This document shows positions 18,426-28,460 of a DNA stretch of 43,805 nt, one piece after another. Under the pieces are notes generated by a model that was given only the letters and a program-made list of their open reading frames with translations, was not told where the DNA came from and did no database searches. Both the position numbers and the translations under genes were made by a program. The DNA is taken from NCBI GenBank assembly GCA_002498925.1, contig DAJH01000040.1:1-43805 (forward strand), written 5' to 3'. Origin of the DNA: Euryarchaeota archaeon UBA173 (GTDB lineage: Archaea; Thermoplasmatota; Poseidoniia; Poseidoniales; Thalassarchaeaceae). How positions within the stretch are numbered: the stretch's first letter is position 1; the number at the start of each line of letters is the position of its first letter.

Positions 18426-20582
18426 TTATTCCTCTTCTAGGCTCTTCCAATCCACAGCACTTCTTGGAGTCGCAGCAACCGGATCTCCTCCTACCAGTCC
18501 CGATAAATGGAAGCTTAGTACACTGGGATTCCCATCTATTTTGACCCGAATGAACGTCTTACTATCGGACTCTAAGGTATCCAGGAAAACCTCATCCCCG
18601 CCAAATAGTCGATTGGGCGAGACTTCAGAAATATCGGCTACAGCACCCTCTGGAGAGTGGAATCGTATCGCTGCTAACTTCCAATCCTCAGGCCCAACTC
18701 TAATTCCAAGAATCAGTGAGCTGCCCCCTTCTACACCCCATGCGCATACTTCGATCTGCTCCGTCATATGACGAATTACAGGATCACCCCACTCAGAGAT
18801 TATTCCAGCCCATGGGCTATCTCCAAGCTGATGGAGTGCAGATTCTACAACTTGCTCGTTCGTCTCACTCTCGGAAACGTCCTTAGAGAGCCTCTCTCGA
18901 AGCCTCCTAAGCCTCCTTCTTTCGTGAATCTCAATTATTTCAGCTCCTTTAGTGCCATAGAACAACCTCTTCCTTTCCCACCAAATTACAATTATTAGCG
19001 GTACTATCATCAACGCTCCAAGGAATAAATAAAGATCCTTGAATAAGTATGATAGGTCACTTAATTGCGCATCATCTGGGATATCTTCACCAGCATAGAT
19101 CAGTGTGAATCGATATTCAACTTCAACGTCTGAGGAAGCCAACTTTTCTATTCTGAGGGCGTGAGTCCCCATCGGCATACTGATTATTGACCCATTCGTG
19201 GAATTCAAAATAATCCAGCTCCCCTGGTCGAGAGATTGAATTTGGAAATTCACCGGTGACGCACCCTCGTCTCTGATGTAAACTCTGGAGCCATTTTGAT
19301 CCTCGATTTTTATGGGATGAACATCTACGTTATCACCTAGGCCCAATGTCCCAGATAGCACCTTTGGGCTGGGGAAAATCGGTTCATAGTAGTCAACTGT
19401 ATCGCCCTCGCTCCAGAGGTAGTCAGGAGCATCCCCGATCATATTTCCATCATTACCGGAGTCTGATGAGATTCCTATGGTCCAAGAAGAAGGGCCACTC
19501 GAAGTGATTCTGAACTCTATCGAATGTACATCGGCGAGCGTTACTATATTGTCCGGGCATGAAGGCCCCTGTTCCTGTATCACCGCCTCACCATTCGATG
19601 ATTTCAGGTGTATTCCAACAGAAACATCCCCTCTGAATGTGCAGTCCGGATTAATTTCCATTTTACCCCCGGCCTGAAGCAATAGAGAATCTCCATCAGT
19701 ATCGAATCCAGAAACATGTCCGGTGTATGACACTGAACGAAATTCCAAGTGTTCACCATGATTCCATTCACCCTCCAAGTCCCCTCCACCGGGGGCTTCT
19801 AGATTATTGTCAAATCTCGAAACCTCGATTTTGTACGGGGTCAATCCCGAATCAATCGAATGAACAATTCTCAGCCATAGGCTCGAATTCATCGGATAGT
19901 CGAGGATAATTGGAAAACTACCCCCGCCCTCATAAATTTCTAGTAGCGATTTAGAACCCATGCCACTTTCCCAAATTTCCAAATCAGCAACTCCTCCGGA
20001 CTTGAAATCCTCTATGACTACGACATCACCATTGCCTCCCGGTATCCTGATTGAATCCTTATCATCCTGATTTTCCAGAGAACCAACAATAATTGCACCC
20101 TCCTTAACAGCCCCCAGATCCTCTGATTGGCCGTTCAACTCACACCTATCCAGTTGACAGATGGAAGTAGCATCAATCTCGAATTCTACAGCCTGGTTCC
20201 CGGGGACAGGGACAGTACTGGGCAAATCCCCCGGCTCGACCAAATTGGTTTCACTCGGGAGTATCGAATCGTACCCTATGTCGTCAATATCGAAGCCCTC
20301 TCCCAAATTCACCCTCCAAGATAGATTATTGTCAACGATTCCAGACCATTGGACTAGGTGAGTGTCAGAAATCGTATATTCTTCCCCGTCTACTTGGACG
20401 ACTAACTCCAGTTCCGAGCAACTAATTTGCAGGCATTCAAACTCCAACCAAGCTGGACCATGTCCTTCCACATGCCCCTCAACGACGCCAATCCCCCCCT
20501 CTTCAGCTATTGATGTGGGGAAAGTGAAGGCAAAAGTTGAGGCCAGAATCAGTGAAAGAATCGCCGCCCTCGCCTGACTCAT
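18426..20582 (-). CDS. Single-pass membrane protein with three PPC-like extracellular repeats and a cytoplasmic domain
   Basis: Signal peptide AILSLILASTFAFTFPTSIA. Repeats IVGSLENQDDKDSI, YTGHVSGFDTDGDSL and LSGTLGLGDNVDVH. TM LYLFLGALMIVPLIIVIWW, then about 180 aa. I prefer ATG 20582 over 20600. Confidence 0.75.
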   Translation of the reverse strand: MSQARAAILSLILASTFAFTFPTSIAEEGGIGVVEGHVEGHGPAWLEFECLQISCSELELVVQVDGEEYTISDTHLVQWSGIVDNNLSWRVNLGEGFDIDDIGYDSILPSETNLVEPGDLPSTVPVPGNQAVEFEIDATSICQLDRCELNGQSEDLGAVKEGAIIVGSLENQDDKDSIRIPGGNGDVVVIEDFKSGGVADLEIWESGMGSKSLLEIYEGGGSFPIILDYPMNSSLWLRIVHSIDSGLTPYKIEVSRFDNNLEAPGGGDLEGEWNHGEHLEFRSVSYTGHVSGFDTDGDSLLLQAGGKMEINPDCTFRGDVSVGIHLKSSNGEAVIQEQGPSCPDNIVTLADVHSIEFRITSSGPSSWTIGISSDSGNDGNMIGDAPDYLWSEGDTVDYYEPIFPSPKVLSGTLGLGDNVDVHPIKIEDQNGSRVYIRDEGASPVNFQIQSLDQGSWIILNSTNGSIISMPMGTHALRIEKLASSDVEVEYRFTLIYAGEDIPDDAQLSDLSYLFKDLYLFLGALMIVPLIIVIWWERKRLFYGTKGAEIIEIHERRRLRRLRERLSKDVSESETNEQVVESALHQLGDSPWAGIISEWGDPVIRHMTEQIEVCAWGVEGGSSLILGIRVGPEDWKLAAIRFHSPEGAVADISEVSPNRLFGGDEVFLDTLESDSKTFIRVKIDGNPSVLSFHLSGLVGGDPVAATPRSAVDWKSLEEE

Positions 20583-20644
20583 GCAATCCCCGAGTAGCAA
20601 TCAGCCTTAGAATCCTTCAAGCGAAGTTTCTCATTCGAGGCACT

Positions 20645-22426
20645 ATGGAGGACAGGCCACTAGCACGAGATGTCATAGCTAGACAACGAGTCTCTAGGCT
20701 ATTTTCACTAGGAGACAGGGCGAATCCAGCATCTTGGGCACCAGCTATCATTATTTCAGAAGATGATCCAGAATTACCCATTTCAATGTCCCCACTGTCA
20801 TTCAGAAGGGACAACTCTGATTTTCCTTCAAAACTCACCATGTTCACCAGGGCAGATATTTGTTATCCATTCGATGGCCTCGATGCATGGGAGGCTAACG
20901 AAGGCCTCATTTTACCCCCTAGTCTCGAAGAATCAGACTCAGGAAGTTTTGGCACTGGCCTCAATCTGCTCCCGGTCTCCTGGCAGTCATTGCATCATGA
21001 CAACACACTTTCCGATGAATCACTGGAGCCTTCGGTCGTCGTGCTTACCGATGCCCCACAGCTAGCTAACAATCGTGGAAAACTCGTACAGGCCTTGGAC
21101 GTTGTTAGGAGGAGATTCCCTACTTCTCTAATTTGGACTCCAGGGATTTCAGGTCCCGATAATTGCCATCTACTTTCATGGCTTGGTGTGGATTTATTTG
21201 ACCTTTCCAGATCGAGAAATGCATCTGCGGCCGGTATCATTCTTTCCCAGAGTGGACCTCGCGAACCAGAGGTCACATTGGGGGAAAATGCTGATATTGA
21301 CACTCAGATCAATCATTGGGTGTCTGCACTTTCAGACCTGAGGCAGTCAATCAGAACAGGTACACTCAGGGAATCAGTGGAGAAATGCATCGTCTCTAGC
21401 CCCCGCTCTGTCGAGAGGTTGAGGGTACACGACGCATTAATGAGTGGCAATACAGCTAATGCGGGACTATCAAGCACAGTGGAGGGCAAGAGAAGACTCC
21501 GATGCAACTCGCCAATTAGTCGAGATGACCCACTCATTCAAGATTGGAGGGCGAGGGTCTCGGAAACTCATGTCCCCCCCTCTCATCAGGCCGACATACT
21601 TCTCCTGCTCCCATGTTCGGCCACTAAGCCGTACAGGCTCTCTCCAAGCCATCATAGATTCATGAAGAATATTTCAAGTAACAGAATCCACCAAGTCATG
21701 GTTACAGCACCTCTTGGACTAGTGCCAAGGGAGCTTGAAGATCTATGGCCTGCAGCACATTATGACATCCCAGTCACCGGAGATTGGGATGAAGATGAAA
21801 TAGCGATAATTACGAGAATGGTAAGTAGGATTGTTGAAAGGGTCGGATACAAGCAAGTGATCAACCACTCCGGATTAGAATTTTGCATTGATGGAATTAA
21901 TGTCCGTGACACTAGGAATGGTGAAACTGCTGGTTCTCAGAATTCGTTAAGCAAATTGCATGAAGCCAGTATGGATATTCCCCTTTCGTTAGATTTGGAA
22001 GATGTCAAACAATCAGAGGAGAGGTTACGCACTATGGAGTCGAGATCCAGGTTTATTCACGGTACCGACAAATGGCTCGAAGGTACCGTAGTTTCAGGAA
22101 GGCCCCCGATTCTAACAATTTCAAAATCAGGAGATCAACTGGCTAGATGGAATCCGAGAGATGGAAGGTTTGCTTTCTCAAAAAAATCCCTGCCAATTAT
22201 CGACGAAAGCGGAAAGTTTCCAAAAGCCCACTTAATTGAGAACCATGACTGGATTGGAGACATTTTCCCGACAAATATCGAAAACTTCGAGGGGGACATC
22301 AGAGTAGGTGACGAGATGTTAGTCTATCAGGATGGCACTCTGGTAGGCTCTGCAAGGGCGGCGGCCCCTGTATGGGAATGGCCCAAAGGACCAGGTAGGC
22401 TGGCTCGTACTAGGCACAGGCTCTGA
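20645..22426 (+). CDS. arcS: Archaeosine synthase subunit alpha (TGT-like barrel, DUF5591, PUA)
   Basis: LLSWLGVDLFD (TGT-like), GTLRESVE, LLLPCSATKPYRLSPSH, TAPLGLVPRELE..WPAAHYDIPVTGDW, and C-terminal PUA (IRVGDEMLV...VGSARA). I prefer ATG 20645. Confidence 0.88.
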   Translation: MEDRPLARDVIARQRVSRLFSLGDRANPASWAPAIIISEDDPELPISMSPLSFRRDNSDFPSKLTMFTRADICYPFDGLDAWEANEGLILPPSLEESDSGSFGTGLNLLPVSWQSLHHDNTLSDESLEPSVVVLTDAPQLANNRGKLVQALDVVRRRFPTSLIWTPGISGPDNCHLLSWLGVDLFDLSRSRNASAAGIILSQSGPREPEVTLGENADIDTQINHWVSALSDLRQSIRTGTLRESVEKCIVSSPRSVERLRVHDALMSGNTANAGLSSTVEGKRRLRCNSPISRDDPLIQDWRARVSETHVPPSHQADILLLLPCSATKPYRLSPSHHRFMKNISSNRIHQVMVTAPLGLVPRELEDLWPAAHYDIPVTGDWDEDEIAIITRMVSRIVERVGYKQVINHSGLEFCIDGINVRDTRNGETAGSQNSLSKLHEASMDIPLSLDLEDVKQSEERLRTMESRSRFIHGTDKWLEGTVVSGRPPILTISKSGDQLARWNPRDGRFAFSKKSLPIIDESGKFPKAHLIENHDWIGDIFPTNIENFEGDIRVGDEMLVYQDGTLVGSARAAAPVWEWPKGPGRLARTRHRL

Positions 22427-22501
22427 GGCCCACCAACTCTGGTGCCCCATCGCAGCGATTAAAGAGGGGGAGTAGGTCGCCCGCTCGCTGGAGGCACATG
22501 T

Positions 22502-22957
22502 ATGGCACGAATGCATAGCAAGGGCAAGGGTGCAAGCGGTTCATCTAAGCCCAATTCTGGTAACCTGCCAGATTGGTCCGAGACCGACAAGAGTGCTATA
22601 GAAGAACTCATAATCAGTATGGCAAAGGACGGCCACACAACTGCAATGATTGGCATGGTCCTCAGAGATCAACATGCTGTCCCCGATGTCCGTCTCGCCA
22701 CTGGAGAGAGAATTTCACAGATTCTTGAAAGGAATGGTATTTCTCCCAAGTTCCCGGAGGATATGATGAACCTAATGAGGAGGGCACTAGGCCTGATAGA
22801 TCACCTAAATGCCAATTCCAAGGACCTTCATAACCGTCGTCAGTTGGAACTGTGTGAGTCCAAGATTAGGAGGCTAGCTGAATATTACAAGGGTTCAGGA
22901 AAGCTAGATGGCGACTGGCAATACAAGAGAGACCAACTAAGGTTGATGGTTGAATAG
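22502..22957 (+). CDS. rps15: 30S ribosomal protein uS15 (archaeal S15P/S13e)
   Basis: MARMHSKGKGASGSSKP, IGMVLRDQH, PEDMMNL, ESKIRRLAEYYK. SD-like GGAGG at about 22490. Confidence 0.98.
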   Translation: MARMHSKGKGASGSSKPNSGNLPDWSETDKSAIEELIISMAKDGHTTAMIGMVLRDQHAVPDVRLATGERISQILERNGISPKFPEDMMNLMRRALGLIDHLNANSKDLHNRRQLELCESKIRRLAEYYKGSGKLDGDWQYKRDQLRLMVE

Positions 22958-22998
22958 TCAATAGTAGGGGATTTGAACGTACACCCCTTCGCGTTCCT

Positions 22999-23886
22999 AT
23001 GCGAACACTGGTTGATGAGGAAATTTTCTCGCCTGTCGCAGAAATACTACGCTCAGTGGCCTCGATGGTTCGTTCTGGAAAAAGAATCACCCTTTCGTCT
23101 ACAGATTCGACGCTCACCTCATCTCTCGCCATGGCACCTATCGAGGCGGCCCTTCTGGACGAGGGAATTCCCTACAGTAGGGTAATTACCAACAGACCCG
23201 AAGAAAAATCAGCAGGCTTGACACCCCCGTTCATTTTGTTCGATCCCTCGCTAGAAGAGTTCAGCTTCGATTCGAATATACCAGCAGTAGTTATTGGAGC
23301 GGACGTACCAACTACTGCCCATATGGGGCAGCAGGGCAAGGGCCGGAATGGCGCCCTAACCCCCGCAGCCATTTCACATGCACTCGCTCAGCTAATTTCC
23401 CCCACTGGTAAGAGGGTGAGGAGAATGAGGCCATGGTCAATTTCAGGAAATTGGATTCATCCCTCAATGGATACAACTTATGATCCAGTATTCACGACAC
23501 TCAGGGACTTACTCGAGGACGAGGGTACAATCAGTGTCGTGCCCCTTCCCGAAGTCCCCCTGCTAGAGCCATCGACTCGACCATGGATTGACGAAGGGGA
23601 CCTCGTAGCAGTGAAGGAAAGATGGCCGCATTTGGACGCCGAAGGTAGAGCACGAGCGATCTCCCATCTCATGAGGCCAGGACTAACCTCTTCGACACCT
23701 TCTACATCACGTTTCGAGGAATTGGGCTGGCATTGCATTCTTGCCCCATCCTGGGTTCACGATTTAGCTGACCAGATAAGAATGGCAACCCTGCTGTGGA
23801 AGGAAATGGATAACAATCTAGCAGCTGGGAAGGTAATTGATGCCCTGATCTCAAATGGCGCATTATTCCCTACTCTATCCGAATGA
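22999..23886 (+). CDS. Hypothetical protein, probably a degenerate DHH/RecJ-like homolog
   Basis: Directly follows rps15, where euryarchaea often encode a DHH-family protein. The N-terminal strand-helix ...AALLDEGIPY resembles DHH motif I, but DxDG and DHH are absent. Confidence 0.55.
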   Translation: MRTLVDEEIFSPVAEILRSVASMVRSGKRITLSSTDSTLTSSLAMAPIEAALLDEGIPYSRVITNRPEEKSAGLTPPFILFDPSLEEFSFDSNIPAVVIGADVPTTAHMGQQGKGRNGALTPAAISHALAQLISPTGKRVRRMRPWSISGNWIHPSMDTTYDPVFTTLRDLLEDEGTISVVPLPEVPLLEPSTRPWIDEGDLVAVKERWPHLDAEGRARAISHLMRPGLTSSTPSTSRFEELGWHCILAPSWVHDLADQIRMATLLWKEMDNNLAAGKVIDALISNGALFPTLSE

Positions 23887-25879
23887 TGCTATCACACTCA
23901 AAGCATGTAAGCCTAAGTGGCCTAACATCGGAATCAACCGATATGGAATTTCCACAGGATGGACAATTGACCCTCCCTCCTCCTTTACCATTTCTTTCAG
24001 CTCTCTCAATCTTAGGTGAAAGTAAGGAAATTGGGAATACTAGAAGTATACTGAAAAGGACTAATCCCAATACCATCTGCATTGGGAGCCCCAGGAAGTA
24101 AATCGCGAAAGACATCAGTCCCATCGTTGCAACTGTTACCATCGTTGGGAATCTAGACCTTTTCCTAGTTGCATTCAATCCCATCCCGATAGCTGCACAC
24201 AGTGCTAGAACCATTATTCCGGAACCAACTAGAACGCTGAACATAGGATTTCCAGTGGGCGTAAATTCAACGCGGAAGTCTAAATCTAGATCAATCTCCC
24301 CTTCGTTAATTGAAATTGTCTCTTGCACAATCCACCTCCTGTGAGAGTATTCTATGCCTTCCGAAGAAACCACGCCAACGTCCTGAAGCATCGATCCTTT
24401 CAGCTCAACCGAGATGCCTATTGCTGTCCAGTATTCTTCCAGCGATGGACGGACAAAATCCTCGACCAATAACTGCCTTTCACCCTCACTTACGAGGTAT
24501 GACGTCGAAATCGAAATCGATATTGTATCCGAACTGAAACCCCTCGTCCCGCCCATGTCGATATTTACTTCTGTTGGACCAAGATCAATTGGATCGACTC
24601 CAAGTATCGACTCAGCTTCGATAAACATCCCATTGGAAAGGAATGAGCGCATATCTGAGGTAGACCCCGTAAGGTAGCCAGTTAGGGCTACTAACTCAGA
24701 GTCATCAACCATCCCATTATTGTAATCCGATTGTGGAATTGAACTTGAATATGACTTCAGATTCCTCCACCAGCTACTGGATTCCAAGCTAGAATTTCCA
24801 ATGTTGTCCAGCCCCCACCTCATCCATTGGGACATGGCGCCACCGAACTCAAGAGTTACATCCCTTTCCGTACTGTCGCCTTTCCATTCAGCATTTATTT
24901 TCACAGATAAGTCAGTCCCGCCAGTCCTTAGCGGCTCATTGGCAGGATACCAGGTCCCACCTCCTCCGCCATCATCTCCAACAGTAATTGAATGCGTCAT
25001 ATTGGCCTCTATCCTGAGTCCATCTTGTGGCTCAAGGTGAAAATCTACCCGGTAAGTCCCTCCCTCTGTTCCTTCTGGGATGTTCCAAACGAATGTGACC
25101 TCAACTCCGTTCTCCACTAGCGTCGCCACTGGCTTCTCACTGACTTCGGAGTTTTGTACAGAAATACCACCCATTGATGCTGACCACATCCTATCATCAA
25201 ATCCGGACGAAAGGAGTATTGGGAAGTAAACTAGAGTCCCACTAACACTGGCATCCCTCATTTGAACCCCAACTAGGGGCATTCTTACTGAGATACTGGA
25301 TTTCTTATCCTCGGACCCCCACAGGAAGTTAACCCCTGCATTGTCACCCGGTTGATTGAATCCAAGTAGTTGCACGTTCAAGGTAATCTCAACCAAATCT
25401 CCATCATTCACCTCTCCAGCCTCGACACCCACTGGTATCTGTAAATCCCCTTCTCCGGTGATGTATGGATTGATTCCCTCCGAACTGCCCTGATAGAAAG
25501 AGCCCCCAATCCTCACTTCTAGAGTAGCATTGATGTTTACACCCACTGCTCCTTGGACCTCGTATGGGATAGTAAACTCCCAAGTCGAATCGGGATGACT
25601 TCCCTCAGAGCCCCATACTACCCCCCACTTTCCAACTTCTATTGGTTGGAAAACTTGTGTAACTAGGGCCGACTCAACCTCATCAAGTTCCGAATCGAAG
25701 GGAGTCAACGTCCCTATGTCTGCTTCTCCAAGCAAAAACAACTCGAAATCATCTGAGTTGCAGCAGGTGGATTGCTGTCCTGCCACTTGGGGGATGGGGG
25801 AGAGAACTGTGACCATCAGCGTCATACAAAGGAGAACAGCGTAGCGACCCCGTACATCCCCCATATGCCTACGTCCCAT
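23870..25879 (-). CDS. Membrane protein (669 aa): large extracellular region, 3 TM, C-terminal zinc ribbon
   Basis: Signal peptide YAVLLCMTLMVTVLSPIPQVAG, beta-rich acidic ectodomain, three hydrophobic helices, and terminal CPSC-x(16)-CFEC. Confidence 0.8.
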   Translation of the reverse strand: MGRRHMGDVRGRYAVLLCMTLMVTVLSPIPQVAGQQSTCCNSDDFELFLLGEADIGTLTPFDSELDEVESALVTQVFQPIEVGKWGVVWGSEGSHPDSTWEFTIPYEVQGAVGVNINATLEVRIGGSFYQGSSEGINPYITGEGDLQIPVGVEAGEVNDGDLVEITLNVQLLGFNQPGDNAGVNFLWGSEDKKSSISVRMPLVGVQMRDASVSGTLVYFPILLSSGFDDRMWSASMGGISVQNSEVSEKPVATLVENGVEVTFVWNIPEGTEGGTYRVDFHLEPQDGLRIEANMTHSITVGDDGGGGGTWYPANEPLRTGGTDLSVKINAEWKGDSTERDVTLEFGGAMSQWMRWGLDNIGNSSLESSSWWRNLKSYSSSIPQSDYNNGMVDDSELVALTGYLTGSTSDMRSFLSNGMFIEAESILGVDPIDLGPTEVNIDMGGTRGFSSDTISISISTSYLVSEGERQLLVEDFVRPSLEEYWTAIGISVELKGSMLQDVGVVSSEGIEYSHRRWIVQETISINEGEIDLDLDFRVEFTPTGNPMFSVLVGSGIMVLALCAAIGMGLNATRKRSRFPTMVTVATMGLMSFAIYFLGLPMQMVLGLVLFSILLVFPISLLSPKIERAERNGKGGGRVNCPSCGNSISVDSDVRPLRLTCFECDSIIRIE

Positions 25880-25949
25880 CTAAACAACTTGAATACAACC
25901 CCTGTGAGGGCACTATTTAGTCGATAATGTCAATTGTAAACATCAGCCA

Positions 25950-27680
25950 CTATCTATGAAGCCATGACATCACTATGGCGCCGTTATTCGGAATCTCCTT
26001 TATTTTTGCAAAACCGATCCTTTCCAGTTGAACTACCATCCCTTCTACGAGTTCATAGTCCTCAATGACCCCGGAAACTTTCCGAATCTCATCCATCTGT
26101 GGAATTTCTAGAACAGCCTCCCTGGAAATTTCTAATGGTAGCCAGTGAGCAATTGTCCGCCTGTCGGTTCTTTCATTGGAAATCACTTCAGCGACTCCAT
26201 CTACGATCTTCACATCTGCAAATCCCTTCAGTCTGATATCAACAACGTCAATATCATCCCCCTCTAGATAGATTCTTTCTGAGATTGCGCCCCATTCCCT
26301 CATCCCAGATACGGTACCATCGGGATGTTTTGGCACCGAAACTTCAGCGACGTAATTTTCAACCGCATCGGGAATTTTAATTTTCATCTCAATAGGCCCC
26401 CTAACGAAGCTTCGACGTTCAGAGCCCGAGTCTATTGTGCTGGAATTCTTAGCCTCTATGCTCTGCATCGGTATCGAGATGTCTTTCTGCGTAAGCCCAA
26501 GCTCCAACCAGAATTCCCTAATGGCCTCCGGTGAGAACCCTCTTTTCCTTAGAGAGGAGATAGTTGGCAGCCTTGGGTCGTCCCATCCTGAGTATTTCCC
26601 CTCCGAAATATCCATCCTCATTCCAGATGTCGAGAAGCCACCAAACTCCAGGACCTTGACCCTTCCCCAATAGAGAGTTTCTGGGTAGTCCCATCCAAAG
26701 TGACCATACAGAATTGTTTGCTTTCGAGTGCTATCCATTAGGTCCTTACCCCTGACGATGTGAGTGACTCCTTGGAGATGATCTTCAATAGCACTCTGGA
26801 AGTCTAGTAGAGGCCATACTTTGTACTTCTCTCCAACCATTGGGTGTGGTGTGTGTTGGATTCTCAATGCAGGCCAATCCCTTAGTGCGGGGTTGGGTAG
26901 GTCTAGGGAAGTTTTCACCCGAATAACTGCCTCTCCCTCGGGAATCTTGCCGGAGACCATCGATTTCCAGAGATCTAGATTCAATGATACATCATTATCC
27001 CTGCAGGGGCACTCATCCTTATTATCTCGCAGAGTCTTGAAACTTTGTGCGGTACAACTGCAGGAATACCCGAAGCCCTCGGAAATCATCTTCTCAGCAT
27101 ATTCGAGATAAATGGGCATCCTGTCACTAGCCCTGATGACTACATCGGCCTTCTTTCCCGAAATCCACTCGTACTCTTCCTCTATCTGAGCGTATGCGGT
27201 CGGCTCAGGGGGCTTGACTTTAGTATCCGTATCGTCAAATCTCAGAACCACCCGTCCCCCGTTTATTTTGGCTAGTTCAGAATTGATTACGACGCCCCGA
27301 GAATGCCCGAGTGTCAATGGCCCATTCGGATTGGGCGCGAATCTCAATGTTGCCTCCCCCTCAATACCATTTGGAAGCTCTGGGAGTCCAGTTCTCTTCT
27401 TCTGCTTCTCCCTATGCAGGGCTTCCGGATTAGTATCTTCCAGTAATTTCCTTACTGCATCCACTCCTTCCAAACTAGCTATTTCATTAGCTTCGTCCAC
27501 AAGAAGCTGCACAAGCCCCCTAAGCTCCCTTGCCTTCGGCCTCAGCTCCTTCATCTCGGACAGGAGTCTACCAAGTACACTGCCAGCCTGCCCCTCGCCA
27601 TTGTATTCTACAGCGTTCTGCAGTGCATACTTACGTACTGCCTGGATTATCTCATTACTCCAGGCCTCAGATTCGCTCAT
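25950..27680 (-). CDS. gltX: Glutamate--tRNA ligase (archaeal type)
   Basis: KYALQNA N-terminus, LRFAPNPNGPLTLGH, LRFDDTD, THIVRGKD, GWDDPRLPT and VQLERIGF. Confidence 0.97.
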   Translation of the reverse strand: MSESEAWSNEIIQAVRKYALQNAVEYNGEGQAGSVLGRLLSEMKELRPKARELRGLVQLLVDEANEIASLEGVDAVRKLLEDTNPEALHREKQKKRTGLPELPNGIEGEATLRFAPNPNGPLTLGHSRGVVINSELAKINGGRVVLRFDDTDTKVKPPEPTAYAQIEEEYEWISGKKADVVIRASDRMPIYLEYAEKMISEGFGYSCSCTAQSFKTLRDNKDECPCRDNDVSLNLDLWKSMVSGKIPEGEAVIRVKTSLDLPNPALRDWPALRIQHTPHPMVGEKYKVWPLLDFQSAIEDHLQGVTHIVRGKDLMDSTRKQTILYGHFGWDYPETLYWGRVKVLEFGGFSTSGMRMDISEGKYSGWDDPRLPTISSLRKRGFSPEAIREFWLELGLTQKDISIPMQSIEAKNSSTIDSGSERRSFVRGPIEMKIKIPDAVENYVAEVSVPKHPDGTVSGMREWGAISERIYLEGDDIDVVDIRLKGFADVKIVDGVAEVISNERTDRRTIAHWLPLEISREAVLEIPQMDEIRKVSGVIEDYELVEGMVVQLERIGFAKIKEIPNNGAIVMSWLHR

Positions 27681-27722
27681 ATTCGTTACTGGGCCACCGC
27701 CACTCCTTCTTTGTGATTCCCG

Positions 27723-28460
27723 TCATCCCCAGTCCCCAAGTGTTGATTGCGAGGTAATCTTCCCGTCCCCGGACCGTGAAGGTATTGGGGTTCCGTGGAC
27801 TTCGTACCAAGATTCAGCAACAGTCTTCCAACTCCATCTGAGGCAATCGTGAGGCAACTCTCCTGAAACTAGTTCTCGTACGGCCAACCTTGTTTTGGGA
27901 TCCGATGGATATCCGGACCCCACGTCCAGTCCCAAATCCCTTGAAAGCTCACCAATTCTAGAGTCCCTCTCGATTTTAGCAATAATGCTAGCTGCACTAG
28001 TAACAATGTCCAATGAATCCATACCGTGCCTTGATTCAATATCCCACTGCTTCCAACCTTCCCCCAGTTCAATGGAGACCCTTTTCCCGAACCTGTCTTC
28101 ATCAACGTCACAAGCATCGACTTTCAGATGTCCACTATTCTCTGGATCCGCACTCAATTCCAATGCCTCAGAAAATAACTTCACTTCCAGACTGTTCAAA
28201 TCTGAATTTATGCTGTTGTAGTCTATCCTTGAAGGTTCACAGACAGCAAGTCCGACCCCCCATCCCCTATTCTCAACCTCTCTAATTATGTCATTATAGA
28301 CACTCTCTCTTTTACTAGATGAGAGGGCCTTCGAGTCCATTGCCCCGGTCGCTTTTATGAATTCTAAGTCTTCGGATGGAACGCAAAGTGAGCAAACGAC
28401 CAATGGGCCCAATGCCGGGCCCCTGCCAGCCTCATCTATCCCTGCCCTAGGGCTTCTCAT
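27723..28460 (-). CDS. rnhB: Ribonuclease HII
   Basis: GIDEAGRGPALGPLV, DSK, VDA, SAASIIAK and GSGYPSDP. Confidence 0.97.
   Translation of the reverse strand: MRSPRAGIDEAGRGPALGPLVVCSLCVPSEDLEFIKATGAMDSKALSSSKRESVYNDIIREVENRGWGVGLAVCEPSRIDYNSINSDLNSLEVKLFSEALELSADPENSGHLKVDACDVDEDRFGKRVSIELGEGWKQWDIESRHGMDSLDIVTSAASIIAKIERDSRIGELSRDLGLDVGSGYPSDPKTRLAVRELVSGELPHDCLRWSWKTVAESWYEVHGTPIPSRSGDGKITSQSTLGDWG

Noticed and set aside
27300..27345. GluRS HIGH motif reads TLGH, suggesting possible inactivation
   Set aside because: All other motifs are intact and HIGH variants are tolerated in archaeal GluRS.
27214..27852. 212-aa plus-strand ORF, and similar long antisense ORFs (28575-29375, 32952-33443, 42510-43253)
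   Set aside because: They lie antisense to well-supported genes, are Ser/Pro-rich shadow translations, and have no recognisable motifs.
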